NCBI GenBank assembly: GCA_965116475.1
Contig: OZ220691.1
Coordinates: 3,008,001-3,072,000 of the forward strand
Direction: 5' to 3'
Source: Gemmatimonadota bacterium
GTDB lineage: Bacteria > Gemmatimonadota > Gemmatimonadetes > Palauibacterales > Palauibacteraceae
DNA: 64,000 bases
The notes beneath the pieces were generated by a model. That model did no database searches. It worked only from the letters and a program-made list of their open reading frames with translations, and had not been told where the DNA came from. This document shows positions 26,765 through 36,885 of this stretch, in pieces. Both the position numbers and the translations under genes were made by a program. The first letter of the stretch is position 1; each line of letters begins with the position of its first letter.

Positions 26765-29700
26765 TTGACGGTCAACGGCAGACCCGCGGTCTCGTTCGAC
26801 AAGCTCGCCCGCCCGATGCACATGCCGCATTTTCTGGATGTGCAGCGCGAGGCGTTCGAGCGTCTGCTGCAATCGAAGACGAAGGAAGAGCAACGCCGGG
26901 ACCTCGGTCTCGAGAGGGTTTTCCGGGAGATCTTCCCCATTACGGACGTCAACGAGAACTTCTCGCTGGAGTTCGTCAGCTACTCGCTCGGAGAGCCGAA
27001 GTACGAGGTCGAGGAGTGCATCGAGCGCGACATGACCTACTCCGCCCCGCTGAAGGCGCGGCTCCGGCTGGTCATCTTCGAGACGGTGGGGAAGGACGAC
27101 GAGAAGCGTCCGGGCGATATCCTGGAGAAGGAAGTCTATCTCGGGGATCTGCCGCTCCTGACGGAGCAGGGAACGTTCGTCGTGAACGGGGCGGAGCGGG
27201 TCATCGTGAGCCAGCTTCACCGTTCCCCCGGCGTCGTGTTCGAGGAGACGCTGCACCCCAACGGCACGCGTCTCTTCTCGTCCCGGATCATCCCGTTCCG
27301 CGGGTCGTGGGTCGAGTTCACCCTCGACATCCACGACGTGATCCACGTCCACATAGACAAGAAGAAGAAATTCCCCGCCACCGCTCTGCTGAGGGCGTTC
27401 GGCTACGGGCGGGACGTGGACATCCTCGAGTGCTTCTGCCGACGCCGGCACGTCCCGATCGACACGGACGATGACGAGGAGTCGTCGACGCACCGCGAGG
27501 TAACGGGCACGCTGGTGGCCCGGAGCATCGCGAACCCCGACTTCGAAGAGGATCCCGAGGCGCTGGAACTGCACGGCTACGAGCCCGTGCCGGACGCCCC
27601 GCACTGGCTGGCGAACGATCTTCCGGGCGCGGATGGCGGGGAGCCGGTGGCGGCCCTCGGCGACCGGCTCGACGCGGAGCTGGTGCAGCGCATCCTGGAC
27701 CGCGAGGTCGCGAGCGTCGAGGTGTTCGAAGAGGAAGATGCCTTCATCGTGCGCCGCGGGGAGATGTTGAGCGAAGAAGCCCTCGAGCGCCTCGTGCGCG
27801 CGGGTGTTTCGGAGGTCGAGGTGTATTCGAGCGCGACCTTCGTCCCGCTGCGCGGGACCTACGAGGATCTCGCGATGCGCCGCGACTGGAGTTCGAGTCC
27901 GCAGCTCGCCGCCGATGTCGTCGACGAGGACACAGGAGAAGTCCTGGCCGAGAAGGGGGCGCGCTTCGATTCGAGCCTGTTCGCGAAGCTCAAGGGAGAG
28001 AAGGCTCGCGAAGCCCTGGTGTTCACGGGCGGTCCCCGCGGTGAGTCGCCGTTGCTGCGCAACACGCTCGCGAAGGATCCGACCGCGAGCGAGGCGGCCG
28101 CGCTGCACTCCATCTATTCTCTCGTCCGGCCCGGCGAAGCGCCGAACCTGGCGACGGCCCGGGGCGCGCTCGATCGCCTCTTCTTCAACCCCAAGCGCTA
28201 CGACCTGGGTCGGGTGGGACGACACAAGATCAACCACCGGCTCAAGGACGTATATCGGCTGCTCGGCCTCGAGATCCCCGCGGGCGATCTCGTGGTGCTG
28301 GACCCATCCGACTTCGTGGCGATCATCCGCTACCTGGTCGAACTGCACGAGGGCCGCGGTTACACGGACGACATCGATCATCTCGGGAACCGCCGCGTGC
28401 GGTCCATCGGAGAACTCATCGCGAACCAGTTTTCCGTCGGGCTGTCGCGTATGGCCCGCCTGGTCCGCGAGCGGATGTCGATCAACAGCGATCCCGAGAA
28501 GATCTCGATCGACGACCTCGTGAACGCGCGTACGGTGAGCGCCGTCATCCAGGCTTTCTTCGGGAGCTCGCAGCTCAGCCAGTTCATGGACCAGACGAAC
28601 CCGCTCTCGGAACTCACGCACAAGCGACGCCTCAGCGCGCTCGGTCCGGGCGGGCTGACGCGGGAGCGTGCCGGCTTCGAAGTGCGGGACGTACACTACT
28701 CGCACTACGGGCGCATGTGTCCCATCGAGACGCCGGAAGGCCCGAACATCGGGCTCATCACTTCCGTGACCACGTACTCCCGCCTGAACGAACTGGGCTT
28801 CCTCGAGACCCCCTACCGCAGGGTGGTCAACGAACGGGTCTCCCAGGATGAAATCGTCTGGCTCTCGGCGAGCGAAGAGGAGGAATACGCGGTCGCGCAG
28901 GCGAACGCCGAGCTGAACCCCGATGGGACGTTCGCCCGCTCGCTCGTCCTCTGCCGGCGGCGCGACGACTACCCGCTGCTGCCGCCCGAGGAGATCGACT
29001 TCATGGACGTCGCGCCCGACCAGCTCGTGGCCGTGTCGCCGGCGCTCATTCCGTTCCTCGAGCACGATGACGCGAACCGGGCGCTGATGGGATCGAACAT
29101 GCAGCGGCAGGCCGTGCCGCTTCTCTTCCCGGAGCGTCCGCTCGTGGGCACGGGTCTGGAGGGCAAGGTGGCCCGGGACTCCGGCGCGGTCGTGCTTGCC
29201 CGCCGAGCCGGGACGGTGACGCGGGTCACGGCGGACGAGGTAGAGGTCGACACCGGCAAGCCCCGGCGGGCGGCCGGCGAGATCCCCCTCGCCCGGCTCA
29301 CCCAGTACGACTCCTATCGACTGAGGAAGTTCTGGCGTACGAATCAGGACACGGCGATCAACCAGAGGCCGATCGTCCGGGTCGGCGACCGCGTGGAAGC
29401 GGGCGACGTGATCGGCGACGGAGCCGGCACGGATGGCGGCTCCCTCGCGCTCGGACGTAACGCGCTCGTCGCTTTCATGCCCTGGTTCGGACACAATTTC
29501 GAGGACGCCATCGTGATCAGCGAGAAGCTGGTCAAGGGCGACGTCTACACATCGGTCCACATCCAGGAGCTCGAACTCCACGTCCGCGACACGAAACGCG
29601 GGATGGAGGAGATCACGCGCGAGATCCCCAACGTGGCCGAGGAAGCGCTCGTCGACCTCGATGATCGCGGGATCGTCCGCATCGGCGCGGCGGTCCGCTC

Positions 29701-31360
29701 GGGGGACATCCTCGTCGGGAAGATCACGCCGAAGGGGGAGACCGAGCTTTCGCCCGAGGAGAAGCTGCTGACGGCGATCTTCGGGGAGAAGGCGAAGGAT
29801 GTGAAGGACAGTTCGCTCCGCGTCCCTCCCGGCGTCGAGGGGACCGTGATCGACGTCAAGATATTCTCGAGGCGAATCGACGACCCGCTGCTGGAACGGG
29901 AGCACGGCGAGCGCATCGCCGAACTGCGCGAGAGCGAGCGCGAGGAAATCGCACGGGTGATGGAAGCCCGCGATGAAGAGATCCTCGAATTGCTTCAGGG
30001 GGAGACGGTGGTTCTGTGCCTCGGCCGGGGCTCCCTCGAACCGCTGTTCGCCGAGGGCACGAAGCTGACGAAGACGAAGCTCCGGAGCATCGACCTGGGA
30101 GAGATCGACCTTTCGACGCTGAAGGTGAAGACGGAGAAGTCGAACGACCTGATCCGCCGTGTGGAGGCCGAGGCCCGCACGCGGGTGGAACGGATACGCG
30201 AGCGTACGGAAGAGGGGATCGACAAGATCTTCCAGCCCGACGAGTTGTCCCCGGGCGTCGTCCAGCTCGTGAAGGTCTACCTCGCGGAGAAGCGAAAGAT
30301 CTCGGTGGGAGACAAGATGGCCGGCCGGCACGGGAACAAGGGCATCATCGCCCGCGTGGTTCCCGAAGAGGACATGCCGGTCCTGCCCGACGGACAGTCC
30401 GTAGAAATCGTACTCAACCCGCTCGGCGTACCGAGCCGGATGAACGTCGGACAGATCCTCGAGACCACGCTGGGCTGGGCGGCCCGGGCGCTCGGCTTCG
30501 AGGCGAATACGCCCGTCTTCCAGGGAGCGACGGAGCATGAGATCGGCGCGCTGCTGAAAATCGGGGGCGCCTACTGGGCGGCTCGTACGCTCGGATCGGA
30601 CGTGGCACCGCCCGAACTGTCCTACGAGACGATTCAGACGCTCGTCAGCGAGATCCAGGCCCGGGAGGGAGACGATCGAGCTTCGGATCCGGCCAGCCTC
30701 GGACGCACGCTCGACGCCTATCTCGAGGGAGGAGGCGAACTCGCCTCGTACCTGCGGAGTCTGGCCTCCTTCGTCCTCCGGGTCGTGCGCGATGTTTCGG
30801 GCGCGACGACGGCGGCGAAGCTGCGGTCCGAGGGTTGGCCGCAGACCGCTCAGCTCTCGGGGCAGCGCAGGATCACGTCGGGAGTGGACGCGGCCGTCGT
30901 CGAGCTCATGGAGCGCGCGGGGCTGCGTTCGAACGGCAAGATGAGGCTGCGCGACGGCCGCACGGGCGAAGAGTTCGTAGCGGATATCGCGGTCGGCGAG
31001 ATCTACATGATGAAGCTCTCGCACCTCGTCGACGACAAGATCCATGCGCGCTCCATCGGTCCGTACAGCCTCGTCACCCAGCAGCCGCTGGCCGGCAAGG
31101 CGCAGTTCGGAGGGCAGCGCTTCGGCGAGATGGAGGTGTGGGCGCTGGAAGCCTACGGCGCGGCCCACACGCTGCAGGAGATGCTGACGGTCAAGTCGGA
31201 TGACGTGACGGGACGGAGCCGGGTGTACGAGGCGATCGTGAAGGGCGACAACCTGCCCAAGCCGGGGGTGCCCGAGAGCTTCAACGTGCTCGTCAAGGAA
31301 CTGCAGGCGCTGGGGCTCAGCGTGACGCTCGGCGGCGACGAGTCGGAGCCGCTGTTCTAG
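26765..31360 (+). CDS. rpoB: RNA polymerase beta subunit (1531 aa, TTG start)
   Basis: SQLSQFMDQTNPL, GRMCPIETPEG, GDKMAGRHGNKG, GGQRFGEMEVWALE. Confidence 0.99.
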   Translation: MTVNGRPAVSFDKLARPMHMPHFLDVQREAFERLLQSKTKEEQRRDLGLERVFREIFPITDVNENFSLEFVSYSLGEPKYEVEECIERDMTYSAPLKARLRLVIFETVGKDDEKRPGDILEKEVYLGDLPLLTEQGTFVVNGAERVIVSQLHRSPGVVFEETLHPNGTRLFSSRIIPFRGSWVEFTLDIHDVIHVHIDKKKKFPATALLRAFGYGRDVDILECFCRRRHVPIDTDDDEESSTHREVTGTLVARSIANPDFEEDPEALELHGYEPVPDAPHWLANDLPGADGGEPVAALGDRLDAELVQRILDREVASVEVFEEEDAFIVRRGEMLSEEALERLVRAGVSEVEVYSSATFVPLRGTYEDLAMRRDWSSSPQLAADVVDEDTGEVLAEKGARFDSSLFAKLKGEKAREALVFTGGPRGESPLLRNTLAKDPTASEAAALHSIYSLVRPGEAPNLATARGALDRLFFNPKRYDLGRVGRHKINHRLKDVYRLLGLEIPAGDLVVLDPSDFVAIIRYLVELHEGRGYTDDIDHLGNRRVRSIGELIANQFSVGLSRMARLVRERMSINSDPEKISIDDLVNARTVSAVIQAFFGSSQLSQFMDQTNPLSELTHKRRLSALGPGGLTRERAGFEVRDVHYSHYGRMCPIETPEGPNIGLITSVTTYSRLNELGFLETPYRRVVNERVSQDEIVWLSASEEEEYAVAQANAELNPDGTFARSLVLCRRRDDYPLLPPEEIDFMDVAPDQLVAVSPALIPFLEHDDANRALMGSNMQRQAVPLLFPERPLVGTGLEGKVARDSGAVVLARRAGTVTRVTADEVEVDTGKPRRAAGEIPLARLTQYDSYRLRKFWRTNQDTAINQRPIVRVGDRVEAGDVIGDGAGTDGGSLALGRNALVAFMPWFGHNFEDAIVISEKLVKGDVYTSVHIQELELHVRDTKRGMEEITREIPNVAEEALVDLDDRGIVRIGAAVRSGDILVGKITPKGETELSPEEKLLTAIFGEKAKDVKDSSLRVPPGVEGTVIDVKIFSRRIDDPLLEREHGERIAELRESEREEIARVMEARDEEILELLQGETVVLCLGRGSLEPLFAEGTKLTKTKLRSIDLGEIDLSTLKVKTEKSNDLIRRVEAEARTRVERIRERTEEGIDKIFQPDELSPGVVQLVKVYLAEKRKISVGDKMAGRHGNKGIIARVVPEEDMPVLPDGQSVEIVLNPLGVPSRMNVGQILETTLGWAARALGFEANTPVFQGATEHEIGALLKIGGAYWAARTLGSDVAPPELSYETIQTLVSEIQAREGDDRASDPASLGRTLDAYLEGGGELASYLRSLASFVLRVVRDVSGATTAAKLRSEGWPQTAQLSGQRRITSGVDAAVVELMERAGLRSNGKMRLRDGRTGEEFVADIAVGEIYMMKLSHLVDDKIHARSIGPYSLVTQQPLAGKAQFGGQRFGEMEVWALEAYGAAHTLQEMLTVKSDDVTGRSRVYEAIVKGDNLPKPGVPESFNVLVKELQALGLSVTLGGDESEPLF

Positions 31361-31379
31361 CGAATCAAGAGGGTGACAG

Positions 31380-34300
31380 ATGATCGATTTTCCGCGAAAT
31401 CGCAGTGCCGGTTCGTCCGAGTTCGACTGGATCCAGATCAAGCTCGCCTCCCCCGAGGAGATCCGTTCCTGGAGTCACGGAGAGGTCACGAAGCCGGAGA
31501 CGATCAACTACCGGTCGTTCAAGCCGGAGCGCGACGGCCTCTTCTGCGAGCGCATTTTCGGGCCGGTCAAGGACTGGGAGTGCCACTGCGGGAAGTTCAA
31601 GCGGATCCGGTACCGCGGCCACATATGCGACAAGTGCGGGGTCGAGGTTACGCTCTCCAAGGTTCGGCGGGAGCGGATGGGGCACATCGAACTCGCGGTG
31701 CCCGTGGCCCATATCTGGTTCTTCAAGACCCTGCCATCCCAGATGGGCTACCTGCTCGGGATGAAGCTGCGGGATCTCGAGAAGGTCATCTACTACGCCG
31801 CGCACGTCGTCACCGAGCCCGGCCGGCAGGATGTCGAGTTCAAGCAGGTGCTGGAAGAGGATGAGTACTGGGATCTGACAGACAAGGCGCGCGAAGAGGG
31901 GGACACCCATTTCCGCGCCGAAATCGGGGCGGAAGGGATCCGGACGCTGCTCGGACAGCTGGACATCGACGAGCTCGCCGAGCAGCTGCGCTACGAGGTC
32001 GTGCATGAAACCTCGAAGCACCGGAAGAAGAAGAAGCTCAAGCGGCTCAAGGTGATCGACGCGATCCGCAACAGCGACGACGAAGTCTCCAAGCGGAACA
32101 GCCCCGAGCACATGATCATGGACGTGATTCCGGTGATTCCGCCGGATCTGCGTCCCCTCGTCCCGCTGGACGGCGGCCGATTCGCGACATCGGACCTCAA
32201 CGATCTCTACCGTCGCGTGATCAATCGGAACAACCGGCTCAAGAAGCTGCTGGAAATGCGCGCGCCGGAGGTGATCCTGCGCAACGAGAAGCGCATGCTC
32301 CAGGAGGCGGTGGACGCGCTGTTCGACAACGGGCGGCGCGGCAAGGCGATTCGCGGAAGGGGCAAGCGACCGCTCAAGTCCCTGTCGGACATGCTCAAGG
32401 GCAAACAGGGCCGGTTCCGGCAGAATCTGCTCGGAAAGCGCGTCGATTACTCCGGCCGGTCCGTCATCGTCGTGGGTCCGGAACTCCGTCTGCACCAGTG
32501 CGGGCTCCCGAAGAAGATGGCCGTCGAGCTGTTCAAGCCGTTCATCGTCCACGAACTCGAGCGGCGGCTGCACGCCGAGACGGTGAAGCGCGCCAAGAAG
32601 CTCGTCGAACTCGAAGACCCGACGGTCTACGAGGTCCTCGAGGACATCATCAAGGATCACCCGGTCCTCCTGAACCGGGCCCCGACGCTTCACCGGCTGG
32701 GGATCCAGGCCTTCGAGCCCGTGCTCGTGGAGGGGAAGGCCATCCGCATTCACCCGCTCGTGTGCGCGGCGTTCAACGCGGACTTCGACGGCGACCAGAT
32801 GGCGGTGCACGTTCCGCTGTCGTTCGAGTCGCAGCTCGAGGCGCGGATCCTCATGCTGTCGAGCAACAACATTCTGAAGCCCGCGAACGGCCGGCCGATC
32901 GCCTCGCCGTCCCAGGACATGGTCCTCGGCTGCTACTACATGACGAAGGTCCGACCGGACTTCGACGAGCATGGGGCGGGGTCGGATCTCCCTCACTTCG
33001 CGAACGCGGATCAGGTTGAAATGGCGCTCGAGGCGGGATATCTGCGCTCGCCGGAAGGGACGCCGGACTACCACCTGCCGATTCGGCTGCTCGTCGAAGA
33101 AGAGGCCGACAACGGCCAGGTCGAGCGGGAGTGGGTCGTGACCAGCGTGGGACGGGCGCTGTTCAACGCGATCCTGCCCTCCCGGGTACCGTACGTGAAC
33201 GAAACGCTGGGCAAGGGCGCGCTGGGAGACCTCGTCTTCCGGTCGTTCCGTCTCGCGGGGCTCGAGGACACGACGGCGTTCCTCGATCAACTCAAGGACT
33301 TCGGGTTCCGCAACGCGACGAAGGCCGGCGTTTCCATCGGACTCGACGACATGGAGATCCCGGCCGAGAAGCAGGATATCCTCGGCGAGGCCCAGGAGGA
33401 CGTGAACCGGTTCACGAAGGCGTACCACCGCGGCGTGATCTCCTTCGGGGAACGGTACAACAAGGTGATCGATGCCTGGACCCACGCGAACAACGATGTC
33501 GCCGACGCGATGGTCCGCGGCCTCCAGCAATCGAGACACGGCTTCAATCCGATCTTCATGATGTTCGATTCGGGCGCCCGGGGTTCCCGCGACCAGATCC
33601 GCCAGCTCGCGGGGATGCGGGGTCTGATGGCCAAGCCCCAGAAGAAGTTGACCGGCGGCATCGGCGAGATCATCGAGAGCCCGATCCGTTCCAACTTCAG
33701 GGAGGGCCTCAGCGTGCTCGAGTACTTCATCTCGACGCACGGCGCGCGGAAGGGGCTCGCCGACACCGCCCTCAAGACGGCGGACGCCGGCTATCTCACG
33801 CGGCGGCTCGTCGACGTGGCGCAGGATGTCACGATCATCGAGGAAGACTGCAACACGGTCCTCGGTCTCGATGTGACGGCGCTCAAGGAGGGTGAGGACA
33901 TCATCGAGCCGCTGTCGGACCGTGTCGCCGGCAACATCGCGGCGGAAGCCGTGATCGACCCCATCGACGATGAAGTCATCGTCGAGGCCGGGGATATGAT
34001 CACGGAGGCCCGGGCCCGGGCCATCGATGAGAGCGGTGTCCAGCAGGTGCGCATCCGATCCGTCCTCACGTGCGAATCCCGGCGCGGCATCTGTCAGCAA
34101 TGCTACGGCCGCAATCTCGCGACGATGGAACTCGTCGATCTCGGGGAGGCGGCGGGGATTCTCGCCGCGCAGTCGATCGGCGAACCGGGGACGCAGCTTA
34201 CGCTCCGAACCTTCCATATCGGCGGGACGGCGGCACGCATCGCGGCGCAGACCCAGCGGCGCTCCAAGCTCGAAGGCCGGATCGCGTTCGAGCGCGTGAC

Positions 34301-35633
34301 GACGGTCACGAGTCCGTCAGGCGATACGATCGTCACCAGTCGCGAGGGCGAACTCCTCATGAAGACGCCGGACGACCGCATCCTTTCGCGGCTTGCCATC
34401 CCCTACGGGGCGACGCTCTTCGTCAAGGACGACACCGACGTGGCGCACGGGGATCTGCTCTTCGGCTGGGATCCGTACTCCGAACCCATCGTCGCGGACA
34501 AGAAAGGGAAGATCCGGTTCACGGACATCGTGCCGGAAGAAACGGTCCGCGAGGAACTCGACGAGGCGACGGGACGGCGTCAGCAGGTCATCATCGACGA
34601 CCGGGAGAAGAAGCTCCACCCCGTCATCAACATCGTGACGGGGAAGGGCGCCAAGCTGCGCGAGTTCATCGTGCCGGTCGGCACGCAGCTGCTCGTGCAG
34701 GATGGACAGGCCGTCAACGCGGGGGAGACGCTCGCCAAGATCAGCCGCGAGGCCTACAAGACGCGCGACATCACGGGTGGACTGCCGCGGGTCGCCGAGC
34801 TGTTCGAGGCGCGGAGGCCGAAGGATCCCGCGACGATTACCGAGGTCGACGGGCGCGTCTCGTTCGGCGGGATCAAGCGCGGGAAGCGCGAGATCATCGT
34901 GACCATGGATGACGGCGAGGAGATGGTGTACCAGATCCCCGTCGGCAAGCACCTTCGCGTGCACGAGGGAGACCTCGTGCGGGCGGGCGACCGGCTGTCC
35001 GAGGGTCCGGTGAATCCGCACGACATCCTGCGCGTCCGGGGGCCCCGGGCGGTGCAGGAGTATCTGCTCAACGAGATCCAGGAGGTCTACCGCCTGCAGG
35101 GCGTGCGGATCAACGACAAGCATATTGCGGTGATCGTGCGTCAGATGCTGCAGAAAGTCCGTATCACGGATCCGGGCGGCACGGAATTCCTCGAGGGCGA
35201 GCATGTGGACCGCATGGAGTTCCGCGACGCGACGCGCGAGGTGCTGGAGAGCGGAGGCAAGCCGCCGCGGGCGGAGCCGATCCTGCTCGGAATCACGAAG
35301 TCGAGCCTGACCACCGAGTCCTTCATCAGTGCGGCTTCCTTCCAGGAGACGACGCGCGTGCTTACGGACGCCGCCGTGCGTGGAGCGAAGGACCGCCTCA
35401 GGGGACTCAAGGAGAACATCATCATCGGGCATCTGGTCCCGGCGGGAACGGGGACGCACCGCTTCTCCGATATCGAATTCCTCGTGGACGACGCCCTGAA
35501 AGCGCAGATCGACTCCATGCGGCGCAGGGTCGTGCCCGAGGAGATGCCCCGGAGTCTCTTCTCGGACCTGCGGGACCAGGCCGAGGAAGACGAGGCCGCG
35601 GTGGCGGAGGAAGGCGCGGTCATGACGACCTGA
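31380..35633 (+). CDS. rpoC: RNA polymerase beta-prime subunit
   Basis: Zn finger, [28 protein letters not shown]. Confidence 0.99.
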   Translation: MIDFPRNRSAGSSEFDWIQIKLASPEEIRSWSHGEVTKPETINYRSFKPERDGLFCERIFGPVKDWECHCGKFKRIRYRGHICDKCGVEVTLSKVRRERMGHIELAVPVAHIWFFKTLPSQMGYLLGMKLRDLEKVIYYAAHVVTEPGRQDVEFKQVLEEDEYWDLTDKAREEGDTHFRAEIGAEGIRTLLGQLDIDELAEQLRYEVVHETSKHRKKKKLKRLKVIDAIRNSDDEVSKRNSPEHMIMDVIPVIPPDLRPLVPLDGGRFATSDLNDLYRRVINRNNRLKKLLEMRAPEVILRNEKRMLQEAVDALFDNGRRGKAIRGRGKRPLKSLSDMLKGKQGRFRQNLLGKRVDYSGRSVIVVGPELRLHQCGLPKKMAVELFKPFIVHELERRLHAETVKRAKKLVELEDPTVYEVLEDIIKDHPVLLNRAPTLHRLGIQAFEPVLVEGKAIRIHPLVCAAFNADFDGDQMAVHVPLSFESQLEARILMLSSNNILKPANGRPIASPSQDMVLGCYYMTKVRPDFDEHGAGSDLPHFANADQVEMALEAGYLRSPEGTPDYHLPIRLLVEEEADNGQVEREWVVTSVGRALFNAILPSRVPYVNETLGKGALGDLVFRSFRLAGLEDTTAFLDQLKDFGFRNATKAGVSIGLDDMEIPAEKQDILGEAQEDVNRFTKAYHRGVISFGERYNKVIDAWTHANNDVADAMVRGLQQSRHGFNPIFMMFDSGARGSRDQIRQLAGMRGLMAKPQKKLTGGIGEIIESPIRSNFREGLSVLEYFISTHGARKGLADTALKTADAGYLTRRLVDVAQDVTIIEEDCNTVLGLDVTALKEGEDIIEPLSDRVAGNIAAEAVIDPIDDEVIVEAGDMITEARARAIDESGVQQVRIRSVLTCESRRGICQQCYGRNLATMELVDLGEAAGILAAQSIGEPGTQLTLRTFHIGGTAARIAAQTQRRSKLEGRIAFERVTTVTSPSGDTIVTSREGELLMKTPDDRILSRLAIPYGATLFVKDDTDVAHGDLLFGWDPYSEPIVADKKGKIRFTDIVPEETVREELDEATGRRQQVIIDDREKKLHPVINIVTGKGAKLREFIVPVGTQLLVQDGQAVNAGETLAKISREAYKTRDITGGLPRVAELFEARRPKDPATITEVDGRVSFGGIKRGKREIIVTMDDGEEMVYQIPVGKHLRVHEGDLVRAGDRLSEGPVNPHDILRVRGPRAVQEYLLNEIQEVYRLQGVRINDKHIAVIVRQMLQKVRITDPGGTEFLEGEHVDRMEFRDATREVLESGGKPPRAEPILLGITKSSLTTESFISAASFQETTRVLTDAAVRGAKDRLRGLKENIIIGHLVPAGTGTHRFSDIEFLVDDALKAQIDSMRRRVVPEEMPRSLFSDLRDQAEEDEAAVAEEGAVMTT

Positions 35634-35640
35634 CGTCCGT

Positions 35641-35697
35641 CCGACGCCGAAGCAGGGGGTGCGTTTACGGGATCTCCGCGCCCCCTCCCGGCGACGG
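35641..35697 (+). terminator. GC-rich hairpin after rpoC (no U-tract)
   Basis: AGGGGGTGCG pairs with CGCGCCCCCT, extended by CGCCG/CGGCG. Confidence 0.4.
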
Positions 35698-35704
35698 AAG
35701 TTGC

Positions 35705-35733
35705 TTGACACGGAGAGGCTTCAAGACTACTCT
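35705..35733 (+). promoter_or_regulatory. sigma70 promoter of the str operon
   Basis: TTGACA, 17-nt spacer, TACTCT. Confidence 0.75.
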
Positions 35734-35768
35734 CTCTTGTCTGTCGACCGACCGGTCGGCAGTCGCCG

Positions 35769-35801
35769 CGGGGGCGGTTCGGATCCGTCCCCGATTTTTT
35801 T
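35769..35801 (+). terminator. Intrinsic terminator-like hairpin in the rpsL leader
   Basis: 9-bp stem CGGGGGCGG/CCGTCCCCG, 7-nt loop, followed by A and T7. Confidence 0.7.
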
Positions 35802-35871
35802 ACCCCCAACGGCCGGGCCCCGAGTTCGGTGATCGGCGCACCGGTGCGGCCGAAGGGAGCGATGGAGCGGA

Positions 35872-36243
35872 ATGCCGACCATCAATCAACTGGTCCGCAA
35901 GGGCCGCAGGAAGGTCCGGAAGAAGAGCAAGGCGCCGGCGCTGGAGGGGAACCCCCAGAAGCGCGGCGTGTGCACGCGCGTGTACACCACGACGCCGAAG
36001 AAGCCGAATTCGGCCCTGCGGAAGGTCGCCCGCGTGCGACTCACGAACGGATACGAAGTCACCGCGTACATCGGAGGCGAGGGCCACAACCTCCAGGAAC
36101 ACAGCATCGTGCTGATCCGGGGCGGACGGGTGAAGGACCTGCCGGGCGTGCGGTATCACATCATCCGCGGGACCCTCGACGCGTCGGGCGTGGACGACAG
36201 GAACCAGGGCCGGTCGAAGTACGGTTCGAAGAAGAGGAAATAG
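35872..36243 (+). CDS. rpsL: 30S ribosomal protein S12
   Basis: [21 protein letters not shown]. Confidence 0.99.
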   Translation: MPTINQLVRKGRRKVRKKSKAPALEGNPQKRGVCTRVYTTTPKKPNSALRKVARVRLTNGYEVTAYIGGEGHNLQEHSIVLIRGGRVKDLPGVRYHIIRGTLDASGVDDRNQGRSKYGSKKRK

Positions 36244-36285
36244 CTCGGGATCCTGCGGAAATTCGAGCGGGCCGAACACCGTTGG

Positions 36286-36318
36286 GCCCGGCCTCGGAGT
36301 CCGTGGCCGGGCTTTATT
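36286..36318 (+). terminator. Terminator-like hairpin in the rpsL-rpsG spacer
   Basis: GCCCGGCC-T-CGG/CCG-T-GGCCGGGC stem followed by TTTATT. Confidence 0.55.
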
Positions 36319-36362
36319 GCGAAGTCTCCGGATGAACCCGGAGCCGGATATGGCGAAACGAG

Positions 36363-36833
36363 ATGTCACGACGAAACCGTGCCGAACAGCGTGAAGTGAT
36401 TCCGGACTCCCGATACGGGAGCACGGAGGTCACGAAGTTCATCAACATGCTGATGCTGGACGGAAAGAAGTCCCTCGCCGAGCGGATCTTCTACGATGCG
36501 ATGCAGAACATCGAAATGAAGACCGGGCAGCCGGCGATGAACGTGTTTCGGCAGGCGCTGCAGAACGCGAAGCCCATTCTCGAGGTTCGCAGTCGGCGCG
36601 TCGGTGGCGCGACGTACCAGGTTCCGATGGAAGTGTCGTACCGGCGGCGCGACTCGCTCGCACGCCGATGGCTCGTGCAGTACTCGCGCGCCCGCTCCGG
36701 CAAGACGATGGCGCAGCGCCTCGCCGGCGAACTGCTCGACGCCGCTCGCGGCGACGGAGGCGCGGTGAGGAAGAAGGAGGACGTGCACCGGATGGCGGAC
36801 GCGAACAAGGCGTTCGCGCACTACCGCTGGTGA
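36363..36833 (+). CDS. rpsG: 30S ribosomal protein S7
   Basis: DGKKSLAE, RRVGGATYQVP, ANKAFAHYRW. Confidence 0.99.
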   Translation: MSRRNRAEQREVIPDSRYGSTEVTKFINMLMLDGKKSLAERIFYDAMQNIEMKTGQPAMNVFRQALQNAKPILEVRSRRVGGATYQVPMEVSYRRRDSLARRWLVQYSRARSGKTMAQRLAGELLDAARGDGGAVRKKEDVHRMADANKAFAHYRW

Positions 36834-36885
36834 TGAGTCCGTCCGGCACCCGAGGCTCGACAGATAGAGATCAATAGATCGACTC

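Noticed and set aside
28555..28660. Rifampicin-resistance substitutions in RpoB, and streptomycin-resistance substitutions in S12
   Set aside because: RRDR (SQFMDQTNPLSELTHKRRLS) and S12 PKKPNS/RVKDLP read as canonical sensitive-type sequences
26669..34217. Very long antisense ORFs (1590 aa and 950 aa) opposite rpoB and rpoC, and similar ones opposite tuf, fusA and secY
   Set aside because: Shadow ORFs expected from high-GC codon bias; no recognisable motifs
34225..34765. Large insertion in the RpoC trigger loop
   Set aside because: Corresponds to the known SI3/beta-prime i6 insertion found in many Gram-negative phyla
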